Made by a program: the position numbers and the translations under genes
Shown: piece by piece, positions 40,309-53,169 of the stretch
Layout of the letters: each line of letters opens with the position of its first letter
How positions within the stretch are numbered: the first letter of the stretch is position 1
The notes under the pieces: generated by a model
The model's database searches: none
Told to the model about the DNA's origin: nothing
What the model saw: the letters and a program-made list of their open reading frames with translations, nothing else
NCBI RefSeq assembly: GCF_006345805.1
Contig: NC_043005.1
Coordinates: 78,430,001-78,494,000, forward strand
Source: Octopus sinensis
Lineage: Eukaryota
DNA: 64,000 bases
Direction of reading: 5' to 3'

Positions 40309-40310
<2 letters not shown>
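37960..40310 (+). mobile_element. Cluster of about 10 family-B SINE copies with (ATT)n tails
   Basis: Heads at about 37960, 38323, 38592, 38811, 39058, 39262, 39478, 39900 (truncated) and 40088 on the + strand; one well-preserved minus copy at 39590-39808. Confidence 0.8.
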
Positions 40311-40356
<46 letters not shown>

Positions 40357-41486
40357 AGCATTTCTTTTTTCATAATTGCTAATGGTAGCCTTTAATTGAA
40401 ACAAAATGTTCTGTTAGCTTAGTGGAAAACAAAATAATGAATCCTCAAACAATGCATAAATTTGTCCTAGGTTCTTGTGCCTTGTGTGTGTGTGTGTGTG
40501 TGTGGTGTGTGTGTGTGTGTGTGAGTGTGTGCGTTGGAGCTAAGATTAAGCCACAAAATATTAAGATGTAGGATCGAAATTGAGAGATGACTTTTTTGGT
40601 GGGGTGGGCTGAGAGCAGGGCTGACCTTCATGGGCAGGTGAAGTGTGTTATGTGGTGAGGTGATATGAGGTTATGTTTTCGGTAAGATTGGAGTCTGTAG
40701 GGGAGGGGAGGGTGTTTGCCATAAAATTCTTTAAAAATTCTTTACGGCTTTTTTTCTTTTTCTTTTTTTTTTGTGACTGCTTAATAAATTATGCTTGTTG
40801 CAGTTAATGACAGCAGCTAATTTGGTTTTCATGACCGTAGAGTCGTCTAATTCTTATTGAAAATTCCAATAAATTTACTGGCGGCCAGTGTTGGAGTGGG
40901 GGAGGGGGAGTTTCATAGATATAAATATGTATATTATATGTAAATATATGACTGACCGATCAATCTGTCTATTTGGTAAGGCATTGGTGCTCATCTGTAA
41001 TGCATATATTTTCGTTGCAGTGTGAGTGTTTGTACTTGTGTGTGACTCTTGTGTGTTTATGTATAACCATGTATGTATATATGTGTGTGTGTGTATGCAT
41101 GTATAAGTGTGTATATATATTTCAAAAATTTAACAGAAACACAACAAACAGAAAATTCTAGCTTAATCTTCATCAGTCAACATCCAAAAGATTCTTACAA
41201 TTTCACTCCATTAACATTATATATATATATATGCTTTCTTATTACCCACAAGGGGCTAAACATAGAAGGGACAAACAAAGATAGACAAACGAATTAAGTC
41301 GATTACAACGACCCCAGTGTGTAACTGGTACTTAATTTATCGACCCCGAAAGGATGAAAGGCAAAGTCGACCTCGGCGGAATTTGAACTCAGAACGTAGC
41401 GGCGGACGATATACCGCAAAGCATTTCGCCTGGCGTGCTAACGATTCTGCCAGCTCGTCGCCTTATATATATATATGTGTGTGTGT

Positions 41487-41875
41487 GGAGTGGCTGTGTG
41501 GTAAGTAGCTTGCTTACCAACCACATGGTTCCGGGTTCAGTCCCATTGCGTGGCACCTTGGGCAAGTGTCTCCTACTATAGCTTCTGGGCGACCAAAGCC
41601 TTGTGAGTGAATTTGGTAGACGGAAACTGAAAGAAGCCCGTTGTATGTGTGTGTGTGTGTGTGTGTGTGTATTTGTGTGTCCGTGGTTGTACCCCCGCAT
41701 TGCTTGTTGGTGTGTTTATGTCCCCGTAAATTAGCAGTTCAGCAACAGAGACCGATTGAATAAGTACTAACTAGGCTTACAGAGAATAAGTACTGGAGTC
41801 GATTTGCTTGACTAAAGGTGGTGCTCCAGCATGGCTGCAGTCAAGTAACTGAAACAAATGAAAGAATAAATGAAT
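41487..41875 (+). mobile_element. tRNA-derived composite SINE (family A)
   Basis: ggagtggctgtgtggtaag..ggttcagtccc head, (TG)n middle and gactaaaggtggtgctccagcatgg tail. Other copies at 30075-30440(+) and 28470-28790(-). Confidence 0.8.
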
Positions 41876-42099
41876 ATATATACACACGTGCATACATGCG
41901 TACATACAGGCTATTGAGTGCATATATGGTACATACACTTGTGCATAAATTTTCGTTGGGCAGTTCTCTACAATTAAGCCAGCTCTGTTAATAATACGTG
42001 CACACACATGCTCACATGCACTGGCATATACGCATTCATACATACAACTAGCTCATACACATAATTATAGCTGGTTTGCACATATTTACACTACCTCCC

Positions 42100-42620
42100 A
42101 CACTTTCTTTCTCTCTCTCTCTACATATATACACCCCTCTCCTCAATCTATCTGTCTCTGCCTGCCCATATGCCGGTCTGTCTATCTATCTATCTGTCTG
42201 TCTGTCTGCCCATCCATTTATCTGTTGGTCCATCTGGCTATCTATCTATCTATCTATCTACCTACCTATCTATCGATCGTTTATCTATTGCTCTCTCTAT
42301 CTATCTATCTATCGCTCTGTCTATCTCTCTATCTATCTATCTATCTACCTATGTATTTATCTATCTATCTATCGCTATGTCTATCTCTCTATCTATCTCT
42401 GTCTATCTATCTATCTATCTAACCTATGTATCTATCTATCTATCTATTTGTCTGTCTGTCTATCTATCTATCTATCTATCTATCTATTTCTCTGTCTACC
42501 TCTCTCTCTCTGTCTATCTATCTCTCTATCTCTCTCTCTATCTATCTATCTATCTATCTGTGTACCTAAATACTTATCTATCCATCCTTCTACCTTCACT
42601 CTTTCTCTCTCTCTCTCTCG
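42100..42620. repeat. (TCTA)n/(TC)n tetranucleotide microsatellite
   Basis: Directly visible; further (TCTA)n at 61550-61640. Confidence 0.9.
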
Positions 42621-42789
42621 TTTGTTACATTATCCTCTTATTACCAGCAAATTCATGGTGGTGGCAGCATCAGTACTAATAATGTTCTGGTTGGTGATGT
42701 GACCATCATCATTTGCTAGTGGTTTATAGTGGTACCATTGTTTTGGTGATGATGGTCGGCAGTGATGCCTATAGTATATAGCAGTATTT

Positions 42790-43545
42790 AGTACTGTTAG
42801 TGTTATTTGTTGCTGGGCATAGGAAGTATCTGGGTGAAGGGTGATGATGTGGATGATGCTGGTGATAATGACTGCTGTGGTGATGGAGACATAAACGAGT
42901 TTAGGTGGTAGTGTCATTGGGAGGTGGTACTGTTAATGGTACTGGTGATGGAGTTAGTTGTGTTAATGGTTATCAGTGGTGGCTGTAGTGTTGTTATTGG
43001 TGTTGATGGTGGTAGTATTGGTGGTGGTGCTGGTGGTAGTGCTATCGGTACTGGTAGTAACAACAGTGTTGTTGCACTAGTGTTAGTGGTGGTGGTAATG
43101 CTGTTTTCGGTGAGAATAGTGTTCTTATTGATGGTGATGGTCACTGCAATGTCTGTGGTGGCGGTGGTGCTGGTGGTCGTGGTGATGGTGGTGGCGATGG
43201 TGTCTAAGTTATTTGTAGTAGCAGGTGAGGGGTTGGCGGTCGTGATAGCAGTGTTGTTTTTGGTGGTAATGACAACACTGCTGTTTGTGGTGGTAGTGGT
43301 AGTACTGCGGTGGTGGTGGTAGTGTTGCTAGTGGCAGTGGTGGTGATGGCTGATAGTGTTGTGATTGTTGGTAGTGGGGGTCATAGTGATGATAATGGCA
43401 ATGATAGTCATGGTAGGAGTGGTGGTGGTGGTGCTGATTCTGTTTTTACTGATGATGTTGGTAGCAGTGTTGTTGTCAGTAGTTGTGGTGGTCATGGTGA
43501 TAGTCTTATTTACGGTGGTTGTGGTGGTGGTGGTGGAGTTGCTGT
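42790..43545. repeat. GGT/GTA-rich degenerate low-complexity region
   Basis: Degenerate ggt, gat and gtt triplets; source of the V/G-rich ORFs. Confidence 0.8.
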
Positions 43546-44645
43546 TTGCAGTTCTTCTTAAAGAGTGAGATGAAAGGTTAAAAGTTAAGCGAAAAATAAT
43601 TTTTCTCTCTCATTTATGTTTGTTTATTCTTGTCTTCCTTATCAATTATTGTTGTTGTTGTTGTTCTTCTTCTTCTTCTTGTAGCTGTTGTTTAAAAAAA
43701 AAATAGAAAAGTGTCCTTAAAAATTAGTTGAAGCTGGAAAAGAATAAAAATTTATCTGAAAAGTAAAATAAATATTGAAATAAATAAATACCCAGAAGGA
43801 TCAATTGTGATAAAAAAAGTAAAAGAAAAAGAAAAAAATACTTCAGTAACTCTTCAACCTTTATCATTACACCCACCACCACCACAATAATAACTGTTGT
43901 AGCAACAACAACAACTGCAACAAAAACATATTCTGCAATAACGAATATAGTTATTAGTTTTCCAAAGTATGTCTGTGTGTGTATATATGTATGTATGTGT
44001 GTATGTATGTATGTATGTGTGTATATACATGTGTGTGTGTATATATATATATATATATAATACACACACACACATATATATAAATACACACACACACACA
44101 CAATATATACACACACACACATATATATATATACACACACACACACACATATATATGCACACACGCATCATTTAATGTAAATTGTTTCCAAGTAAGAGCT
44201 ACTAAGTTTCTTGCCATTAAGACACTTTGTTAGGCAGGTTTTATAATGTACCGTGTGTCTCTGTGTAATCTTTGGGCTCTTTGGGTTTGTTCTATTTGGA
44301 AGTCAAGACTCTTGTACTCAGAGCCTAACAATGTGTCTTAATGGCAAGAAACTATTAGCTCTTATTTCAATAATAGTGTGCATTAAATTATATTTATCTC
44401 TCACTGGATGGAGTACTTTTTTGTTGATCTTACCTTAACAGAACTATACATATACATATATATGTATATATATATATACACACACATATGTGGAGTAGGA
44501 TGACTTTTTGAAATAAGTTAATAAGTTGTATATGTCTTGTTTTATATATATATATATGCATATATAATAAAATATTAGGGAATAAATCCAAACTTACAGG
44601 GAAAAATCAGATTTAGGATTGAATTCAATTTTATAGTAAAATATT

Positions 44646-44896
44646 ATATTATATTAAATTAGAGATAAAACCACTATTAGGCAAATCATACAATGAAAAA
44701 CTTAAGCCAATACATAAGATTAATTAATTTATATTATTTAAATATATATCAATTATTAAAAAAGATAATTAGTATCTTTTTTAATAATTTTGATATATAT
44801 TTAAATAATATAAATTAATTAATCTTATGTATTGGGTTAAGTTTTTCATTGTATGATTTGCCTAATAGTGGTTTTATCTCTAATTTAATATAATAT
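44646..44896. repeat. Near-perfect long palindrome (arms about 122-124 bp, 5-nt spacer)
   Basis: Left arm 44646-44767, spacer attag 44768-44772, right arm 44773-44896. One substitution and one 2-nt indel by eye. A single arm of the same family lies at about 15180-15290. Confidence 0.9.
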
Positions 44897-44897
44897 A

Positions 44898-44939
<42 letters not shown>

Positions 44940-44991
44940 TATATTTATACACATATATATATATATATATATAACATATATATATACATAC

Positions 44992-45023
<32 letters not shown>

Positions 45024-45047
45024 ATACATATACACATATATATATAC

Positions 45048-45078
<31 letters not shown>

Positions 45079-45848
45079 CATATATATATACATACATATA
45101 TATATACATACATACATATATATACATACATACATACATACATATATATATACATACATATATATATACATACATACATACATACATATATATACATACA
45201 TACATACATATATATATATACATATATGTATGCATGCTCCTTGCATGTGTGTGCAAATGCACATGTGTATCTTTGCATGAGTATATGCATGTAATTGTGT
45301 CATGTGTGCCTGCGTGTTTCTGGAAGTTATAAGCTTGTTTGTGTGAAATACGTATGATTGCCAATGAACAATGTGTTGTTATGTATGTATGTGTGTGTGT
45401 GTTGTTATGTATGTATGTATGAGCGTGGTCCGATCATCTGAATGTTTCTGTGGGTCTTCATGGTTGTGCAAATATACTTGTTGGTATCCTATTCTCTGAA
45501 CCTTTTGCTAGTGTTGTGAGTCCAAAATTATATTTAGGACTTGGTGCACGCAGCCTGTTGAATATTTTGCAACCTTTGCCATTGTGTTTCGGTTGTGGAA
45601 CAGTCAACTTTGTCCCTACATATATTGATGGTATTCTGTAGAATTTGAACCCAGATTGTAAAAACAGAAAAAATTCTACTAATGGCGGTGCCCCAGCATG
45701 GCCACAGCTTGTGAGCTGAAACTAAATAAAATTTTAAAAAATTAAAAAAAGCTATTAATCTGGCATAATAACGATTCTGGCAGCATACTGCCATCTTATC
45801 ACCTTATAATACTACTACTACTACTACTACTACTAATAATAATAATAA

Positions 45849-46213
45849 TAAGAGCGCACAGAGTGTGCAAACCTCCACCAAGGCAACACCAATGTCCTCT
45901 CTACGATTAGCTGATGATTTTTAAAATGAGAATATCTGAAATAAACTTGACATCTCTCACAAACGAGAATACCAAAAATGAACCTGACCGCTCTCAAAAA
46001 TTAAGTAAAAAAAAAAAACAGGAACAATAATACAGAATCCTTGTCTGACACTTGATTGATCCCAAAATATAATCAGTTCATGCCAGTCATGAGGCCAAAC
46101 ATCCCTTAAAGTTTCATCTAAATCCATCCAGTGGTTCTTGAGATATCTTGTCCACAGACAAATAAACAAACCCGACTGAAAACAATACCCCTGCCTTCGC
46201 TAAGGCGGAGGTA
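45849..46213 (+). mobile_element. Probable Helentron/HINE-type non-autonomous element
   Basis: Subterminal acctccaccaagg (45871) versus terminal aaggcggaggt (46202-46212), a short 3' hairpin gcctt-cgct-aaggc, and (AAT)n-rich flanks. Class assigned by architecture only. Confidence 0.45.
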
Positions 46214-48574
46214 ATAATAATAATACTTCCTACATTACGAATTTTTGCCTTTGGGTATCAACTGTTATTTCCTATTTGTTTATCCTTAGAAAGTATGAAA
46301 AATGGTTAATATTTCCTTCAAACTTTGCTTTTGTTACATTTATTCAGACCCCAAAGAATCCCTTTCAGTACATGGCTATGATGCTCCTGCACTACTCCTA
46401 CTCATGATCAGAGATGCAAATATTGTCAGCCACTTAGAGACATGCTCAAGTAGTTACGGTCAAATAACTGACTGGCAAATCTGTGGTGTTGAGCAGAATA
46501 TTTTCTATAATGATATTTCTGCTTCAGCAGAAAATAGATCAGTTTCAAAACATTGATGTTGGAAAATGGAAAATAGATCAGTTTCAAAACATTGATGTTC
46601 AGCTCAGAAAAACAAAGTTTGGAGGGAATAGTAGTCATTTCCTTTGATTTCTAGATAGAAACCAAATAAGAAATAATTACTAACGAAAGAAAATATAATA
46701 AAACTTTTCTTACACAGTGTAATACTTTCTACTAAGAACAATATCACAATTCAAGTCAGTCTAAAACATTCTCTTTTACTCCATTGCTCTTATATTTCAA
46801 TGCTCTTATTATTAAAATAGTTTGTTTTATAAAATTAAGTAATTAAAAGGTTGTTAATGTTTCTCTATCACCTTGTATTTAATTATACGTTTATCAGCAT
46901 CATTGTTCAGTGCCGTCAGACTGGCCCCTGTGCAGGTGGCATGTAAAAAGCACCAGTTGAGCATGCTTGATGCCAATACTGCCTTACTGGCCCTCATGCT
47001 GGTGGCATGTAAAAGCACCCACTACACTCTTAGATTGGTTGGCGTTAGGAAAGGCATCCAGCTGTAGAAACTTTACCAGATCAGATTGGAGCCTGGTGCA
47101 GCCTTCTGGCTCACCAGCCCTCAGTCAAACCATCCAACCCATGCTAGCATGGAAAGTGGATGTTAAACGACGATGACAACGACAATAATGTCCATGCTGG
47201 CATGGGTTGGATAGTTTGACCAGGGCTGGTAAGTGGAGGGGGTTACATCAGACTCCAGTTGTTCATTTTGGCATAGTTTCCATGGCTGGTTGCCCTTCCT
47301 AATGCCAACCACTCTGAGATTGCAATGGATGCTTTTACGTGCCACCAGCATGACACCGGTTTCACTTGGCTTGATGGGTCTTCTTCTCAAGCACAGCGTG
47401 TTGCCAAAGGTCTCAGTCATCTGTCATTGCCTTCGTGATGCCTGATGCTCAAAGGGTGCTTTTTGCATGACACTGGCATTGGCCACATTGCCCCTGTGAG
47501 GCCCAATGTTCAAAAGGCACTTTCTATGTGCCACTGCCATGGTTGCCAGTTACACCACGCTAACAACTGCCATGACTATGATTTTCCTTTATCTATCTAT
47601 TACCTATTTTTAAAAAAAGTACATTTTAAGATCCTAACGACTTTTCATATTTTGAAGCCTGAAAAATATATTACCTCTTAGACTTCCTTTCCTAATAACA
47701 TTCAAACTTGCTTTTTTTTGTATTTTTCTCTTAAACATATATATTTATATTTCATTCAGCTGAACTGATCTCTTTTAAGATAGATTTTATTGAAAATTGT
47801 ATTATTTATATTATTATTATTATCATCATTATTATTATCATCCATTATTTAGAAAAAATTTTCCTTTTTCTAACCTTTCAGTATTCTAGGGTACATAGAC
47901 CACTTCAGTGTTTAATTCTTCAAAAAGCCTTTCTCCTTATCTTCCTCTTCTATTCTCTTTTTTTTTTTATTCGTTTCTATTTGTGTGTGTGTTTGTGATT
48001 TTGTTTTTCATTGTCTGATTTGTTTGTTTCATTCAGTATTGTAAAAATTATTATCATTGTTTTATTTATTTATTTAATTTCAGTGAACCCTTAGTGGTTA
48101 ATAGACATTGTTGTTGTCCACTTGTGACTGTGTTTCACCAAACTTAACTTTTAACAACAAAACCATCTCTATAAATAACAGCAATAATAATAATAATAAT
48201 GATGTATTTTTTGAGATTGTATCCATTCAAGTTTTTTGGGAGTTTTTTTTTTTTTGTCTTTTTGTTGTTGTTTTTCTGGTCGAGTTGAGGGGGACATTCT
48301 GTTTCAAGGTTTTGCTCTTGAAGCTTTTACCAACCCTCAGAACAGCGTTTGTTCTTGTTTGTTCCTCACTCTTTTCTATAAAGGAAAAATTTTGAAAAAT
48401 GATATTGGCTAAGTAGGTTGAAGAGGTACTGATCACTTGTACTTTTAGTCATATATTTAATCCTGTGAGCATTTCTCTCTCTTTTCTGTGCATTTGTGTG
48501 TATGTGTGTGTGTCCCCGAAGTTTGGTGGCCGTGTAGCAAAATTTGTAATTTAATACTATTAGTGTTAAGTGAA

Positions 48575-48905
48575 GGCACTTCGCTCAGTGGTTAGAGCGT
48601 CGAGCTTACAATCGTGAGGTTGTGAGTTCGAATCCCGGACCAGGCTGTGTGTTGTGTTCTTGAGCAAGACACTTTATTTCACATTGCTCCAGTTCACTCA
48701 GCTGTAGAAATTAGTTGCGACATCACAGGTGCCAAGCTATATCGACCTTTGCCTTTCCCTTGGATAACACTGGTGGTGTGGAGAGGGGACACCAGTATGC
48801 ATGGGTGACTGCTGGTCTTCTATAAACAACCTTGCCCGGACTTGTGCCTGGGAGAGTAACTTTCTAGGTGCAAACCCAGGGTCATTCAGGACCGAAGAGG
48901 GTCTC
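48575..48905 (+). mobile_element. tRNA-derived SINE (family D) with a well-preserved tRNA-like head
   Basis: ggcacttcgctcagtggttagagcg (A box) ... gagttcgaatccc (B box) runs straight into the SINE body (ttgagcaagacactttatttcac). Not an independent tRNA gene. Confidence 0.75.
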
Positions 48906-49976
48906 AGCATTGTTAAGGTCGTGGGCTGGCGGAATTGTTAGTGGTATTTTGTCTGTCCTTACATTCTGAGTTCAATTTGCGCCAAGGTCAGCTTTGCCTT
49001 TCATCCTTTCAGGGTTGATAAATTAAATACCAGTGAAAAACTGGGGGCGATGTAATCATCCATACCCCTCCCCCAAATTTCAGGCCTTGTGCTTATAGTA
49101 GAAAGGATTATTATTATGAAGTGCAAGTCAAATTTTGGGGCCAATAATATTGACTAACCCCCCTCCTCTCCCCTCCTAATTGCTACCCTTGTGCTTAAAG
49201 TAGAAGCCATCTTCATCTCTTCAGGGTTTTTATATTTTAGATTCAAACCCCACTGGAATCAGCTTTGCCTCTGATCTTTGTCAGCTTGATAAAATACCAG
49301 TAAAATATTAGGGTCAGTGGAATTGACTGTAGTCCAATGATTGAAATAAGTGAAAGATAAAAGAAGATAAGTGATTGGCTGATGTAGCTCTGGATACATA
49401 TCTAGGGGACTGGAGGGATAGCTATGGCTGAATTGCATTTGATCAGAGTTCAGCTTTGTCAGGGGTTAATCTGGGACTGGGAAACAGAAATCATAATTCA
49501 GTACAACCATGCTCATACCACACTGTGACATGAATCTATTAGTAATTTCCGATTTTTACCAATTTTTGAGTTCCAAGGGTTAAACAAATTGAAAGACATA
49601 TATTTTTTACCGTAGATGGGTTGGTAAGGAAGGAAGGAAGGAAGGAAATCGTTGCTATCTTCAAGAAAATATTTTTTTAAACTTTTTTTTTTGTTTTCCC
49701 TTTTTTTAATGCATTCCTTGTAAATTTCCCTTAATGGCATGCATGATATGTCCCTAGGCCCCGCGTTGGGTTTTAGTTATAGTTGGTTGATGTTCAAAGA
49801 CATGAAAGGCTTTGTGATATATATATATATATATGTGTGTGTATATATATATTGATATGTATATTTAACATCAGTATATATCATTATTTACTAATTGCAA
49901 ATATAATATTCCATATTTACAGTCAGTATATATGTATGTATATATAAATGTATATGCACATATGTATGTATATATT

Positions 49977-50024
<48 letters not shown>

Positions 50025-51154
50025 GAACCACTGACTCCTCAGGATAATCTTTACTTCAAGAAGAAGAAAAAATATTTACTTATGTTTTGCCATAAATTGA
50101 TTAGATCCAATTAATAATAATCTTTTAAGAAGAAGAAAAAATCACGTGTTTTGCCAGGGAAGTAGTTTCGGTCTGTTTGTTCTTTATGTTGTCACCATTA
50201 ACAGTGATGCGCCTTTTATCGCTGATTTATCCCAACACATTCTAACATTCTAAATGTCGATGCTGCTTGACTTTTTTTAAACTTGTGTGTGACTGTGTGT
50301 ATTATTTGTGTGTGTGTGTGTGTGTGTCTGTACATATATATATATATGTGTGTGTGTGTAAATTCATGTAGAGTGTCATGAATACACACACACACACACA
50401 CACACACTCACACACACATATACACATATGTATATGACAGTCTACATGTTTTTAAATGGTAATTATATAAAGGCCTTAGCAATGGTGTGTAGCAAGAAGT
50501 TTGCTTCCCAACCACATGCTTCCAGGTTCAGACCCACTGTGTGGCACCTTGTGCAGATCTCTTCTAATATAGCCACAGGCTGACCAGAGCCTTTTGAGTG
50601 GATTTGGTCGATGGAAACTGAAAGAAGCCCATCTTGTATGTGTGCATGCATGTATGTTACTGTCTCCTTGTCTTGACATCACAGTACTTGTGAATGGAGG
50701 TCTTGTGAGCCATTTTTGTATTCAGCGATCAAAAGGATGAATAGCACAACCAAACCGGGCTTCAGGGTTGAGAAGTGTGAAAGCTAGAGATGCTGTGAAT
50801 CCCAATTGGTTGGTATTGATTGTTCAACCATGTCAGAAGTTAATGTTAGTGGTATGAGAAAAATACCAAGTACAAGCTGTAAGGTGGTTGGCATTAGGTA
50901 GGGTCCAGATGTAAAAACCATACCAAAGTAGACAGTGGAACATGTCTACTTTGGGCCCCATCAGATCCTATCAAACCATGCAAACTATACCAGCATGAGT
51001 CCTGGACATTGAATGATGATTATAGTGATGATATTTGTCTCTTGTATTTATTCAGCTCTAGATTAGCCATTCAGCAAAATGTGTGCTTAGTGCATCAAGG
51101 GAAGGAGGGGCATCACAGAAATGGTAAATGGCTTACAGCACAAAAGAAATCATT

Positions 51155-51614
51155 TTAACCCTTTTGTTACCATTTTAATTTTGAGATGATCTGTGTTTTT
51201 TTTTTTTTCAATTAATTTTAAATATAACATAGAATTTAGTAAAATAACTTTGTTATCATTAACCCTTTGGTTACCATATTTATTTTGAGGTGCTCTGTGT
51301 TTCTTTCAATTACTTGAAATATAACAAAGAATTTAATAAAATAACTTGGTTATCATTAAGCTAGTGTTAGGAACATAAATTGTGACTAAGGTTTGGTGGA
51401 AAATTTTTATTCAAAACTTATGAAAACAAGACATTTGTACTACAGAGCCAGGGGCGGTTTCAGCCAGGTCAGTATCGAAAGGGTTAAGCTAGTGTTAGGA
51501 ACATAAATTGTGACTAAGTTTTGGTGAAAGATTTTAATTCAAAACTTATGAAAACAAGACATTTGTACTAGAGCCAGAGGCAGTTTTAGCCAGGTTGGTA
51601 ATCAAAAGGGTTAA
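51155..51614. mobile_element. Two nested family-P1 piggyBac MITEs
   Basis: Outer copy TTAA 51155 to TTAA 51611-51614; inner copy TTAA 51259-51262 to TTAA 51484-51487, which interrupts gttatca-TTAA-gctagtgttagg of the outer copy. Confidence 0.88.
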
Positions 51615-53169
51615 ATTAATATTTGAAGTGATTTCTATGATTGGAAATATAATTTTGAAGTGTTCATAGTGTCTTAGTGAGGATCTGATCAAAAACTTTT
51701 GGTTTAAAAATATGTAGAAAACTTTTTAAATATAAAGTGGAAATATACAAAAAATAAACATTATTTTCCATCTTATTGTTTAGTTTTGTTTTGCATTGAA
51801 AAGTTAAAATTTATTTTATGAATTATTATTTTTTATATTTTGAATTACATATAAATGGGGGCACCAAAATCTTTTAAGCACTTAGGGCCTCTATGGATCT
51901 TATCCAGCCCTGTATTCAATGTATGGTCTCTGAGGGAGAGGGCAATAAATACTATATGAATTGGAGAGAGAAGAAACTAAGGAATCATGGGTAAAAATTA
52001 GTGTTTCAGGCAGGAAGAAGCAGATTATGTTTGTTATTGAATAATAAGTTTACTTAAGTAAGAAAAAGTGATATTTTTGAGAGCAAAATTATAATATCCC
52101 ACAAAAACCATTTGAGGAGAAGTGAAATATGATTTATAGAATATACAGATGAAAGATCTTACAAATTACTATTCAAGCTTTTCTTTCTACCCTTATGTTT
52201 TGTTTTCCATTTTGTTTTTTGTTTCTTTATTATTATTATTATTATTGTTGTTGTTGTTTATCCGGAAATATATATATCAACTATCAACTCACTTCACGGG
52301 ATATGCAATGTTCCGGTTTGTTCGAAATTTGATGACGGAAGATTTTCATTATTTTGAATTTTTTTTTTTTTTTTTTCTATTTCTTCATATTTCATATTTC
52401 TAACAACTATTTCCTTCCAATCTGCTAAAGTTTGTTAAAAGGGATGAAAAAAAAAATCATCACATTTATTCATCAATAATCTTTACAGAAACTAACTACC
52501 AAACTCATAATTACCCACCTTACTGAAACTCTTTTTTTTTTTTAGCATCTCCTTCTTCATCTTCTTTCTTTTATTTCTTCCTTTCCTTCAGCATCTTCAG
52601 TTTCATCTTCTTGTTTTTGATCCGAATTTCTCAGTTTCATTTTGCTTTTGTTTTTCATTTTCATCTTCTCTTTTCAATCAGTTCTCTTTTCCTTTCCGTT
52701 CGATCATTCTCATCTTGCCTCTTTCAACCATTTTCTTCATCTTTAATTATAAGTCTCTCCCTATCTTTCTCACTCACATACCTCCCCCCCCTCTCTCTCT
52801 CCCTCCTCACCAGCATTCTTGTCTGCTTTTTTAGTATTTATTCACCCCCACCAGTCGTTCTCTCTCTTTCTCTCTCCTCCCTTCTTCTGTCGAAGTTCTA
52901 TTGTTGCTGTTGTGAGCATCATTCCCCTCCCTCCTTACCTGTCTGAAATTGTAAACTTTGTGTTGGTTGTTTCATATTCAAGAAGTAACATCATCGATGC
53001 TATTGATTAAGGTACCATAATACTGTGGTTCTGTGGTGCTGTAAAAACACAAGAGAAAATGAAGTTAGTTTTGGAATGGAAATTATATAGTTGGTAATGG
53101 TAAATTAGCTAAAGGATAATCTCTTGGAGTTTATAAGACTTATATACCATGAGGAGAGTAGTTGCAGTT

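Noticed and set aside
48575-48645. tRNA gene (Val-TAC-like loop)
   Set aside because: The acceptor stem is not complementary and the sequence continues into a multi-copy SINE body.
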